From Octopus sinensis (lineage: Eukaryota), in the NCBI RefSeq assembly GCF_006345805.1, contig NC_042998.1, positions 62,868,001-62,932,000 on the forward strand: a stretch of DNA of 64,000 nt, read 5' to 3'. Positions 14,648 through 27,327 of this stretch are shown here, one piece after another. The notes below the pieces were generated by a model, which searched no databases, had not been told where the DNA came from, and worked only from the letters and a program-made list of their open reading frames with translations. How positions within the stretch are numbered: the first letter of the stretch is position 1; each line of letters opens with the position of its first letter. The position numbers and the translations under genes are program-made.

Positions 14648-15295
14648 GTGGTTGTCTACTCCTTATGCAGAGTTTGACCACCTCATGTACCTACACCTTA
14701 GAACCATCATGGCCCTAGATGTGGCTTTTTAAACCAGACAACGTTCTGAAAAGACACCCATATAGATTGCACATCCGATTTGGACCACTAAGGGTTGTAG
14801 ATAAGTTCTGATCTTTGTGGGTCTTAAAAGGTCTTTTGAGGCCTCCGTTAGATATGCAAACCTTTTGGCATACACTGCCTTCAAATGTGTGCACAGACAT
14901 ATCGGCAGAATAGTTGGTGGTGGTTCATTTTCCATGGGTTTACAAATGAGATTTGAGCCCAGCAAGAGAAAGGCATGCTCTGTCACAAACTGTGCACACA
15001 AAAAGGTCATTGTGATTCACTTTCTCTATCGTAACATTCTTCCTTAAATATTTGAGTCTTGCATGCGTTATCCTAGCCTCTTCAAACGCTTTCACTCCAC
15101 TTCAGTCTTTTTTTCGCCATCCAACTTGATCCGAAGCAAGGGTGTCTCTGTCCTTTGGATCCATTCCAAGTCACTTCATAGTAGTCCTTACACCGTCTCT
15201 TTTGTAGGTTTACGCCGATAGCGTTCCCTCTCTTCAATCTAATCATAAAACAGCTGTCTGGGTATGCGCTCAACCGCCATTCGTAACAATTGATG
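14648..15295 (-). mobile_element. RTE-clade LINE 3' fragment with three tandem C2H2-type zinc-finger repeats (pseudogenised)
   Basis: Single minus frame: GVKAFEEARITHARLK...FVCTVCDRACLSLAGLKSHL*TH...FEGSVCQKVCISNGGLKRPFKTH...MCNLYGCLFRTLSGLKSHI*GH. The upstream LGMDPKDRDTLASDQVGWRK resembles the RTE C-terminus. Confidence 0.75.
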
Positions 15296-15296
15296 G

Positions 15297-15664
15297 ACAG
15301 GTATCAATTCTTTACAGCTGCTTCTAACGAATGTTTTAATTGATTACATTATATCATTATAAAAAGCCGTTTTCTTGAAATAAATACATGAATTTCACAA
15401 TCAAGGACATTTAAAATAATTTAAAATCCACGGCACATAGATATTTAGTGATTCTACCACTGACTTATGACATAGATTCAACGGCAAGAACCAGTCGTAG
15501 AATCACTAAATATGTATGAGTCGTTGCATTTAAATTATTTAAAATGCCTTTGATTGTAAAATTCACGTATTTATCTCAAGAAAACAGTTTTTTATTATCA
15601 TATAATATACACATTGATCAATTACAAAATTCGTTAGAAACATCTATAGAGAAATAACACCTGT
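15297..15664. mobile_element. ~370-bp imperfect palindrome (MITE/fold-back element)
   Basis: The arms align along their length (ttctaacgaat/attcgttagaa; tatttagtgattctac/gtagaatcactaaata); centre ~15475. Confidence 0.8.
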
Positions 15665-15941
15665 TATTTATTTGTAATTAACCTATATCGGAACAAGCCC
15701 CTGGCATATTCCGATGTATATCATGGACTGTATAGCTTATTAAAATATACGTGTCTGAATAGCTCGAGAGCGGATTATATATTCAATTGGGTCCAATTAA
15801 TAGTATACATCTCTCTAATATCATTCTGCCAGTAATTCTGCACCAAGATCGGTATTCATTTATAATTGTAGTGTGTGCAATTTTATTCCGACCTAATTAG
15901 GTGCCTCAACTTTAAGTACTTTATACAAGTGAATCTTCTTT

Positions 15942-15986
<45 letters not shown>

Positions 15987-16900
15987 AAAAAATACAAACT
16001 GGGACAAGAACACAAAACATTTAGAAGACGATTCAAAAAACACGGACGGGACATTCGAAGCCTTCAATCTTCAGTCAAGAACCGGATCATCCTCGCAATT
16101 TCCGCTGATTAATCTTGAGATTGCTCCGACCTGGCCAGCCCCAAAGGAAAATCTAAGCCAAGCGCATTAGATTCCTTGGAAGAAAGCCTCGAATGTATAC
16201 AAAACAAGGACGGGAAAACGGACGATGTTACACGAATAAGAATACAAAAATACGTAAAGACAATAATGATAACACGAATAAGAATACGAAAATATGTAAA
16301 AACAATAATGATAATAATAATAACAAAAACAGAACGTCACAGACAGGCGTCTTTTCGACAGGACGAGTAAACACATAATGCGAAACAAGGTGGGAAAAGA
16401 GTATGTAGCCATATATCTACGTCTGTATGTTTAGGGTATATATGTATGTTACAGATCGTTTCGTATGTGTGTATAGTGCTAACTGTATATGTAATCTACC
16501 TTGAAAATTTTTTAACGGATACTTCTTTTAATTTATTAATTTATTAATTTATTAATATTTTACAGCTAATTTTTTACTCTAGGGAACCAGGACTTTCTTT
16601 CTTTATAAGCTATTTTTGATTTAAGGTTTTCTTCGATACAGATAATAATATGATTTTAAACCGCAGTTTGTTATTGCATGCAACGGGTTATTGAAAGACC
16701 ATTGGGGAAGAGGACTAATGAAACAAAACCATTTTCAAATGCGTATCTATCAAACTAATTGTATATTTATGCATGTAACCTTCTTTTTGTTCCATTCTAA
16801 ACAAAACTGTCCGACGAACGGGAACGTGGAACTCTGAGTAACAGTTTTTGTGATATTTTTGCTGCTTTTTAATAAAGTATATACATACATACATATATAC

Positions 16901-16987
<87 letters not shown>

Positions 16988-17049
16988 AGAGTGTGTCTGT
17001 GCTTTTGTGGTAAGGAAAATATGTAAAGGGCTGGCAGATAAATTCGTTC

Positions 17050-17620
17050 ATTTTTTTCTCCTTTATTTTATTCGTCATCTTTCTTCTACAATATTAACAA
17101 ATATTAACAAAGAACCCATGCACCGAGATTCATGTGTACAACGTCTTGCCAGCATTCCACTAGTTTGTAAATGCCTTGACTATAGCGATCATTCAATCGT
17201 CACTCGAGAAATTCATCGAGCCATGTTCTCACTGAAACATAGCAGACTTTGAAGAGCGATCAAGAAGAGAGATAATCTGAAGATGCCATGCCATGAGTGT
17301 TCGGTGACCGCGGCAGGACTTCTAAATCGAGCTTTTGGATAACAATTTAGGTCAAATTAGCGACGTGGTGGCGTGTGCTGCAGTGTTAAAAAAAGCACGA
17401 GTTATTTTAGCTGGATTGCCTCTTTGAAGCGATGCATTTGCTGAACGTAAAGCTCTGCGTTGATCTGGTGGTTGTGTTCAAGCATTTCATAATGAATTAG
17501 CAGCTACTTGTCTTATGTGTATGCTGCTTCAAGGTGTTGCTTATTTTTCCTCTGCTTTGTATTGACGCAAAGACACAATTTTGCATCACTGGGGACAATG
17601 CGCTAAATATAATCTGTGTT
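17050..17620 (-). mobile_element. Mariner-type transposase remnant
   Basis: Minus-strand pieces IHYEMLEHNHQINAELYVQQMHRFKEAIQLK, LEVLPRSPNTHGMASSDY and YSQGIYKLVECWQDVV match the mariner catalytic and C-terminal region. Confidence 0.7.
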
Positions 17621-17731
17621 CAAAGACTCGAATGTTATCGAGCGAACAAACGTAGAGCGCTGCCGTTTGTCTCATTCATTCAGAGTGTGTAGCAGGCATG
17701 CAACGCGGTTTTGGATATTGGAGAGACAGAA

Positions 17732-17766
<35 letters not shown>

Positions 17767-17934
17767 GAGGGGGAGAGAAAGTAGTTATAACAAACCTTAA
17801 TTCAATTTTAACCTTACAAAGTTGTTCTTCCCCTTTTGTAACGATAACTTTATAAGGAACTCTACCAAGCTCATTAGATGATGCACACACTGATTACATA
17901 CCTATCGTCCTTAGAACCCGGATTCCTGTTAAAC

Positions 17935-18962
17935 AATTCATGCCACTCCCCATTTGTAGTTACTGAAAATTTTGCAGTGAATTTTGCCTTCCCCTGTCTC
18001 TAGATCCATCGAAATTGTGGCTTCACGGCTTCAATACGTACTGGAATTAGAGAAATTGTTGTTGATAACCGTTATGTAGTTCCTTATAATGCTTGGTTGT
18101 TGCAAAAGTACGAGGCGCATATTAATCTTGAATGATGTGCATTTATTACGACTGTGAAATATCTTTACAAGTACATTTTCAAAAGTGTTGACCATGCAAC
18201 AGTTTCTTTACACAGACAAGAAAATGGCGTGCGTGTTAATGTTGTCAATGAAAATCAAATTTCGAATTACGAAAATTACCTCTATATTGGAGCATCAGAG
18301 AGGCTTGCTGGAGATTATTTGAGTTTTCAATTCAGTAAGGGCAGCCTGCTGTTGAATGCTTGCCAATACACTTGCTAGATCAACAGATGATAGTGTTTAA
18401 TCCGAATCATGTACAAGAAGCTTTAGCAAAAAATAGATCGACCAAATTGACAGCATATTTGAAGATGAATGAAGAAGATCCCCTAGCAAAAGATATCCTC
18501 TATTGTGACTTTTCACAACATCATACTTGGTATAACAATAATAAAATTTGGAGAAGAAGAGTTAGACAAAATGATGATATTCCGGAAGCTATTGGTAGAG
18601 TGTACGCATTACATCCACCGCAAGGGGAGCTATTTTATCTTAGACTGTTACTTCAACATAAAGCGGGTGCGACAAGCTTTGAAAGTTTAATCACAACAGT
18701 GTTTGCGAAAATTTTAAGCACTCATGTCGAATGATGAATCTATTAGAAAATGATCAAGAATAAGAACTCTGTCTAAATGAGGCAAGAACAATATATTCAG
18801 CGAAGGATTTATAAAATTTGTTTGTCAGTATTCTTCAGTTTTGCTCTCCATCTAGACCACTAGAATTATACATGTTTCGCGAAGATCTTTGCCAGGATTA
18901 CTTCCATCAAACGAAGCAATATAATTTTTCTCATGAAGCAGCTTTGGATACTGCCCTGAATT
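17935..18962 (+). mobile_element. Helitron Rep/Hel remnant, left part
   Basis: VDNRYVVPYNAWLLQKYEAHINLE*CAFITTVKYLYKYIFK; LPIHLLDQQMIVF; IGRVYALHPPQGELFYLRLLL. Confidence 0.9.
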
Positions 18963-20378
18963 TTATGGTGTGTGAATTTATTTTGTTTTATTCATTTATT
19001 TATCTAGTTTCAGCTCACTAGCTGTGGCCATGCTGGGGCACCGCCATTTGGTGTAGCTACATGATTTTGCTTCACGAATGCTTTTTAGCAATTGCCATTT
19101 GGTGCATGAGAGAGTTCGATGCAGCTGCCCTCATCTGCACCTCCTGCCGTGAAGTTGGTTCATCTGGGATACCTGACAAGAAGAGATCCAGTTTCATTTT
19201 AAAAACATCTGCATCCACCCCATGCAGGTCTCTTAGGTTCTTCGGGAGGATATCGAAGAGCTGTGGGCCTCGGAAGCCCAGGCTATCACAGTATCTTGTC
19301 CTACATCTTGATGGCAAATTTGGAATCCTTGGCACTATGCAGTGATGCCCAGTTCTGGCATTTGTGTAACTCTCGATGCCAAAGTTTGGGACAAGTCCTT
19401 CTAGGATCTTCCAGATGTATATTATGGCATATCTTTCTCGCCTACGCCCTAAGGAATAGAGTCTCAATCTCTTGAGTCTTTCCCAATAGCTTATATGCTG
19501 CACAGAGGTTATCTTCTTCGTGTAGCTTCGTTGGATCGCCTCAAGTTCTGTGATTAACTTGACACTGGATGGTGACCATAGCTGAGAGCAATAGTCAAAG
19601 TGGCTTAGGACAAGTGTCCTCCAGAGGACCATCATGGTTTCCTGGTCTCTTGTTCTGAAGGTTCTAAGAATCCATCCGGTCAGCCGCCTACATTTCATTG
19701 CCAATTTAGCAACATGCACATGAAAGGTTGCATCATCACTCATGTAAATACCCAGATCTCGCACTGATTGTGCCTCTGGGATTGCAGTCCCTCCAGGTCC
19801 AGTGTATTTATTAGGTATTGCATTTAGTTTTGCATGCTGATAGCATAGAGCTTGAAACTTTTCAGCATTGAACTGCATGCTATTCTTGTCAGCCCACTTG
19901 TATATTTTGTTCAGCTCACATTGCAGGTGCTTAGTGTCTTCAGGGTTCTGTATTGCCTGTGAAACTTTTGTATCATCTGCATAACTTGTGATCGTGGCTC
20001 TCTGCGTGGCTGAGGGCATGTCTGAGAGGGCCATTATGAACAGTAGTGGTCCCGAAACAGTGCCCTGCGGAACACCGCTCACTATTTGCGTGTTAGTGGA
20101 AGTGGCTACTACCACCTGACTTCTATCTTTCAGAAAGTCATGAAGCCACTCTTCCAATTTTCCAACTATGCCAAGATCACGCAGTTTGTGACATAGCATT
20201 CCATGATCGACTTTATCAAAGGCCTTTGCAAAGTCGAGATATATGACTTCCACATTTGAGTGGTTGGGTAGTCGTTTCAGCACCCAGTCATAGTGTTGTA
20301 GGAGCTGAGTTAAGCAGCTTCTTCCTGGTCGGAAACCATGTTGAGTGTCAGGCAGCAAGTCATTTTCTTCAAGGAATT
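18963..20378 (-). mobile_element. CR1-clade LINE, 5'-truncated, nested in the Helitron; RT and C-terminal frame still open (ORF track 19072-20442)
   Basis: QHGFRPGRSCLTQLL, YLDFAKAFDKVDH, GVPQGTVSGPLLF, YADDTK, VRDLGI, DYCSQLWSP, LYSLGRRRER; 3' tail ending gctgaaactaga plus A-rich repeats. Confidence 0.92.
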
Positions 20379-21150
20379 GGATCATCGCTTGGGTCAACAT
20401 GACCGTAGTACAATATTTTTTGGATTGCCTGCTGCTATTCATGTTCTCCGAATGAATAATGTTCTACTTGAAGATGAGATGGATCCAAATGCGGAAGAAT
20501 TTTTCAATGCACACATCTATATGCTACATAATGACCCGAGAATCATTTTTCAAAAACATTAAACAGAAAATTGATAGAAATGAAGGTGGTTTGATATTTA
20601 TTGATCCATCAGGTGGTACTGGCATGAATTTTCTTCTTAATATATTACTGTCTTATATAACCAACTAGCTATTGCAACAGCGTCAGCTGCGATACTATTG
20701 AAGCTAGGTTTCACTGCTCACTCTCGATTCAAGCTCTCCATACCGTAAACAGTAATTCAAACTTCAAAATATCTCCTCTTGATGTCACTGGCCATTTGCT
20801 TCATTATGCACGCTTGATTGATTGTGTGGGACGAGGCATCCATGTGTCATCGTTATCTATTTGAAGCTCTGAATCGAACGGTGACTAATTTAATGAACAA
20901 TGACTTGATCTTTGGTGGCAAACTGATAATTTTAGGTGGTGATTTCTGTCAAATTCTTCCAGGGGTTCGAAGAGCACAGAGGTCTTCTCTAATTGGAGCA
21001 TGTTTGAAAAAATCCGTAATTTGGCACGAATGCGAAGTACTAATATGAGAGTGCAAAACTGTCTCAGCAATAATGATACCACCTCTCAAACTCGACTGGC
21101 ATATAATTCTGATTGGTTATTTCAAGTTAGTGCTGAAAAATCCTCAATGA
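20374..21150 (+). mobile_element. Helitron PIF1-like helicase remnant, right part
   Basis: LIFIDPSGGTGMNFLL (degenerate Walker A), LIVWDEASMCHRYLFEALNRT, FGGKLIILGGDFCQILP, NMRV. Confidence 0.9.
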
Positions 21151-21196
21151 TGATGTAATAGAGATTTGTACATATACAGACTTTCTCCCTCGTTAT

Positions 21197-21233
<37 letters not shown>

Positions 21234-22305
21234 ACAGCAGTGTATTCATGTGTGTGTATATATAGGTAACTCTCGACTATCAACTTACTTTGCCTTTTCT
21301 GTTCTTTCCCATTTCTCCTTCCCTCATTTCCCAGTAAGAGCTTTTATAACTCAATTTATTTCTCATAAGCAATACATTTTCAACTCAGAAAGCACTGATC
21401 TTCTTGCATTGACGCCATATAAGCAATAATGCGATTAAAATCTAGTTTTCTCCGGCAACTAAAAGTTGAATATATTGATAACGAAATGAAGCCATACACA
21501 TCTATCTCACTGAAGTTATTGGCAAGTAAGGCATACGTTGATTTTTTTTTTTTACTAATTCTAATATCTACTGCAGCTTTTTTTCCCGCTAGCAATTTGT
21601 TGTGCTCTCTTCAGCTACGGATTTTCATCAACAAAAAAAGTTCCATGTACCTGACGAGAAGCTACATTAGCCAATTACAAGACATATGTAATATTATGTA
21701 ACATATATCAAATGTGCTTTAGAAACAATAGTAGAACGCAACGACGTATCCCATCCCATTTATTTACAGATTTGGTTCACATTATGAACAGCCTTTGTTG
21801 CTTTCAAAATGGAGTTGTATAACACCTGTCATCTTACCGGAATTTTCTGTCTAATCTCGATATGGAACGTGCTGTAATTGATGCTATTGATTTATAAATT
21901 TATTGATCAATTATCACGCCATCTTTGTTCTCCATACAAACCGTGTTTATACTAGGGACTAAAAAACTGCGTCTTGCCACGATCAGTCAACTAATCCTTT
22001 TACAATATTATCATATACATTAATATACAGCGGGTGTCTTTCATTTTCGTCAACCAAATCCATTTATAAGGCTTTAGTCGGTCCGGGGCTATAGTGGAAG
22101 ATACTTACTAAAGGTGCCATGAAATGGGACTGAACCCATTTATTTTTACTACCAGCTCGTTTTTGTACTCTCCACAGCGACAGATTATTTTCAACATGAA
22201 AAGCCCCATGTACCCGATGAGAAACTACACTGAGAATTTAGAGAGACGAAGATGTTATATAAGGAGCTGGTTGAGCGAATCTTTTCTGTAATTCAAGTGC
22301 TACAG

Positions 22306-22405
22306 CTGTGTGGTACCTTGGGCAAGCGTTTTCTACTATAGCTTCGGGTCAACCAAAGCCTTGTAAGTGGATTTGGTAGACGGAAACTTAAAGAAACCTG
22401 TCGTG

Positions 22406-22468
<63 letters not shown>

Positions 22469-22670
22469 TTGTGTGCCTGTGTTTATCCCCCACTCCCACA
22501 AACGCTTCACAACCGAGGTTGGTGTGTTTACAGCCCAGCAACTTAGCGGTTCGGCAAAATAGACCGATATAATAAATACTAGGCGTACAAAGAATAAATC
22601 CTGGGAGTCGATTTGATCGACTAAAAGGCGGTGCTCCAGTATGGCCGCAGTCAAATAACTGAAATATATA
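22306..22670 (+). mobile_element. SINE family 1, 5'-truncated (a minus-strand fragment also lies at 22051-22138)
   Basis: accttgggcaag body, central (TA)n, 3' tail ggcggtgctccagtatggccgcagtcaaataactgaaa. Confidence 0.85.
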
Positions 22671-22985
22671 AATGAATATATAAATATATATATATATATA
22701 TACATGTGTGTGTGTGTGTTTTTATGTGTGTGTATACGGTTATCAATTTGAGTTGTCAAATCGTGTGTTGAAACCGATATTGTTAGAAGAAGAGAATGGA
22801 GTAAACGGAGAAAGAATACACACGAAAACGAAAAGTGGCGCTGAAGAGGCCACAGGAGTTAAAATAATGGACAGGAGTTAAAATAATAAAATAAGAACAT
22901 TAATAAACGAATGAAGAAAAAATATATAGTGCGTGTGTTTATGTGGCAAAGAAAGATGACCATCCCAAAATACAACAATATATAT

Positions 22986-23321
22986 ATTGTTGAATTGCTA
23001 CATGGTGGTTCTTCTCTAATTTATATGTATATATATATACATCATATAATTAAGGGCTAAAGAGGGTTATTCTAAAGCCAAATACACTGTTTTATCCACT
23101 TATAATCCGCTTGTTACAGTGTATTTGGCTTAGAATAACCCTCTTTAGCCCTTAATTATATGATGTATATTGCAACCGTAACGGTTTTTTTAAATATACT
23201 GCCCACGCTTCCTGATGAATTCCTTTGCTGTAGAGTAAGGGACTTCATCCTATATTGCTTAGTTGTATATATATATATATATATAAATTAGAGAAGAACC
23301 ACCATGTAGCAATTCAACAAT
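22986..23321. mobile_element. Module bounded by perfect 41-bp inverted repeats, with an internal ~135-bp hairpin (23035-23170)
   Basis: attgttgaattgctacatggtggttcttctctaatttatat at 22986-23026 and its exact reverse complement at 23281-23321. Confidence 0.85.
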
Positions 23322-23479
23322 GATAAAATTAAATTATACCATATATAAAAAATTAAATATACTATCTAATTTTTATACATATATTATATATTATAAATTT
23401 GATTTAGTATTACTAAATTAAATTTTTCCCTGTAAGTTTGGAATCATATCCCCTAATATTATTATTATTATTATTATTA

Positions 23480-24694
23480 CTTTTTTTTTTCTTCTTTCAA
23501 ATTTGCTTCCATTTCTTGCCGAGTGTCTTCCCGACTCCTAGGGCAAAGAAACTCATAGTATTCATTGGTAGGCCATTAAACCAAACTCAGTAGTTCGTTC
23601 ATTTTTTTTTTTTTTTTAAAGTTAAATTAAAATACATGAGCAGCAACAGTTCTCACATCGACAATGCTCTTCTCAATACGTGTGATGTACCAGTTAAGAC
23701 AATCTTTTGCACTTCTTGCAGGGACGGTAAGCCAGGGATCATTCTCATATAATTTTCGGTTCCCTTCTTGATCATTCCTCGTGCTCCTATGATCACTGGT
23801 ATTGTAACCGCCTTGAGATGCCACATTTTCTCAATTTCAATGAGTAGGTCTTTATATTTTCTGAGCTTGTCAAACTCTCTCGCTGAGATATTATGATCAC
23901 AGGGGATGCTCATGTCGATCAATAAGCATACTTTATTGTTTTGGTCTTTCACAACAATATCTGGTTTATTGACCTTGATGGTTCGGTCTGTATGTACTGG
24001 AAAGTCCCACAGAATGGTTACATTTTCTCCTTCAGTTACAGCCTCGGGTGTGGTTATTATACCACTTGTCGGCAGTTTTGATATTGTAATGCCGACTATT
24101 AGCCAGTGGAGATATTGGCCAACTCTGTCATGTCTTAATTTATACTCCACTGGTGCTAAGACTTTACATCCAGAGATTAGGTGGTCCCCTGTTTCAATCA
24201 TGTCGTTGCAGAATCGGCATTTTGGGTCTGCTCCATTTTTCATCAATTGGCTGGTAGTTCCGGGTTAATAGGCTTTGATCTTGAGCAGCCAGGATGAAAC
24301 CTTCGCTCTCTGCTTTAGCCCTGAGCTCCATAGCCACTGATGGGTTTGCTTCTGGTCAACATCAGCTTGTTTGCTGCGGGTCACATATTCCGTGCAGAGG
24401 TCTTCTCTCCACCTATCAGCCAATTGCTCGTGCGCTTTTTCATTGCAATCATTTTCACCTTCTTTGCAACAATAGTTGCCGTAATTCCCTCGGGTTGTTC
24501 AGTTTGAGTATCCTGCACGAGATCAATAGCAAATTTTTTGCTTTCCTTTATGATAGAATAAAACTTCTTTCGTCTCTCGTGATTTTCCACGAGCTTTAGC
24601 ATCCAGTCATTCGATATTTCGAGATATTTGTCCAGTCCAATTGTGGTTGTTTTGTAAGCTAGTTCAAATTGGATCAGGCCTCGATCAGGCTCCA

Positions 24695-24697
<3 letters not shown>
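23480..24697 (-). mobile_element. R4/Dong-clade LINE 3' fragment (CCHC zinc knuckle + restriction-like endonuclease), flanked by (TAA)n
   Basis: KCRFCNDMIETGDHLISGC, EYKLRHDRVGQYLHW, ILWDFPVHTDRTIKVNKPDIVVKD...LIDMSIP, KLRKYKDL...VTIPVIIGARG; (TAA)n at 23456-23479 and 24697-24755. Confidence 0.88.
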
Positions 24698-24757
<60 letters not shown>

Positions 24758-24764
24758 TATATAC

Positions 24765-24805
<41 letters not shown>

Positions 24806-25148
24806 AAATTATTATATAAATATTACCTTTGAAGGTTATTTTTTCCATGCTGACCACTTGATAAAATCATTATTTTATTTTCAAATTAACGATATTATCC
24901 TTATTTATATAAATTTAAATTTATTTCGTCACTGTATTTACTGCGGCGATATTGTCCATATCTCACATGGAATTAAACGGCGGACATTTTGAACTGGCCA
25001 TGATGCATACGTGCATATTATATGTAGGTTATACGTTCGTATATGTAAGTATTCGTATGTTGTATTTATATATGTATATATATATTTATATATATATATA
25101 TATATATAATATATATATATATATATGTATTTAAGTTTCTCTTCGGTG

Positions 25149-25210
25149 TAATTCTACTGACGAGGCAAAGCATCCTAAATGCAAAGTCAGAAATCCGGGA
25201 TTTGGAATTA
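25149..25210 (+). ncRNA. Degenerate type I hammerhead ribozyme motif
   Basis: Stem I taattcta/tggaatta, core CTGACGA, stem II ggc..gcat/atgc..gtc, GAAA, short stem III tccggga. One extra A before GAAA; triplet AUU. Confidence 0.45.
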
Positions 25211-25351
25211 TCCAGTAATTTTTTACTAGTTTCATTTTGTCACTTTTTTTCTCTCGTGTTGCTATATCGACAATTAAGGTGGCTTTAGAGTCAGATCATG
25301 GCTGCAACTTTCAGCATGGTCGTATCTCGTAGATACCCTAATTATAATTAT

Positions 25352-25409
<58 letters not shown>

Positions 25410-25413
25410 TATA

Positions 25414-25537
25414 CAGGGCATTATTACACATAAATGCCTCACACTAAGAGGGACATAAGTCATTGCTACCAAAAATATTTGGTAGTAATGACTTATGCCC
25501 CTCTTAGTGTGAGGCATTTATGTGTAATAATGCCCTC
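25414..25537. mobile_element. 124-bp near-perfect hairpin MITE with TA flanks and a CAGGG terminus (Tc1/mariner-like)
   Basis: TA-cagggcattattacacataaatgcctcacactaagaggg...aata...cccctcttagtgtgaggcatttatgtgtaataatgccctc-TA. Confidence 0.8.
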
Positions 25538-25897
25538 TATATAATATAAATTATATGTTCAAAAGAAAAAAAATTAGTTTCGAATTTTTTTCTCTTATGA
25601 GATTTTCACGCTAACTACATGATAATTTCTTGTTAAGATTCCTTATTAAGAAGTTATCCTTAATTGTTAAATTATATATAATTATATATAATATAATATA
25701 TATTATATAATATAGGTGATGGTGTTGGTGTGTTGGTGTGTTGGTGTTTTGGTGAGGCAATTCGTTGCTAAACCCTTAATTGCTTAGTATTACTTAAATT
25801 TTCTCGAATGAGGCTTTTACATGCCGAAATCTACTTGGTGTAATTAATAATTATTCCAAATTAATTAATTTCACCCTTTATGTTATTATATATATAT

Positions 25898-25930
<33 letters not shown>

Positions 25931-26144
25931 CTATATATAATATATATATTTAGATAAAAAACACTATTAAACAATTCAATAAAGAAAGATGTTATTCACA
26001 CATATAGACATTTACTATAAAAAAAAATATTTTAAATTAATAAAGTACAAATAATAGAAATAGTCGTAAAAAGACTATAATTATATTGTTGAAATTTGAT
26101 TTAAAATTGTTAAATTCAATTTTTCCCTGTAAGTTTTGGAATTA

Positions 26145-26244
26145 NNNNNNNNNNNNNNNNNNNNNNNNNNNNNNNNNNNNNNNNNNNNNNNNNNNNNNNN
26201 NNNNNNNNNNNNNNNNNNNNNNNNNNNNNNNNNNNNNNNNNNNN
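26145..26244. other. Assembly gap (100 N)
   Basis: Run of n. Confidence 1.
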
Positions 26245-26352
26245 TTGTATGTATATATATATATATATATATACACACATAAATGCATATATTATTTTGT
26301 TTCTGTAGAGAAAAACTTGTAGAACTCTGAGTAGCAGCGTTGTGAATTACTA

Positions 26353-26709
<357 letters not shown>

Positions 26710-27327
26710 CTATTCTACAACATACACAATTTACCATCGATTTGTATGGAAACACTGATATAAACTACGTCAAAGAAAATCACATTTTGAACAATTTCCA
26801 ATTCATTTTGCACAAGACCGTCAATCATTTTCTTTTCTAGATTAAGATAATTGAATTCGATTCCGATCCACTATTAAATACAACATGGCATTGATTAAAT
26901 GAACGTCTACGTGGTAGTACAATCTGCTAGAAACAACAGCTAGAGTCACACAATTATCATCATGTGCATCAACATTTAACAGCCATTTTCTTGTTTCCTT
27001 ACTTGAAAGAGTCTGGTGGTATTTGTTGAGGCATATACTCTACGGCTGGATGCCCTTTCTGTTCACAACCCTCACATGTTTTCACAGAGGGATTGATATG
27101 AAGAGCGTCACTTGTATGAAGGCAACAATGCTTATTTACGATCACCATACATATGCATATCTAAATACATGCATGGCAGGTATCCGGACAGCTTTCCTTT
27201 TACCAGACAGTTTTCTATTACAAGACAGTTTCCTCTTATCAAACAATTTCCTTTTACCAGGCAGTTTCCTTTTACCAAATTCATCCAAAAGATACAGTAG
27301 AAGAAATGCTGGGACAGAGGCTGGAGT

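Noticed and set aside
25803-25835. cgaatgaggc...gccgaaat hammerhead-like string
   Set aside because: The core is non-canonical and there is no UH triplet or stem I pairing.
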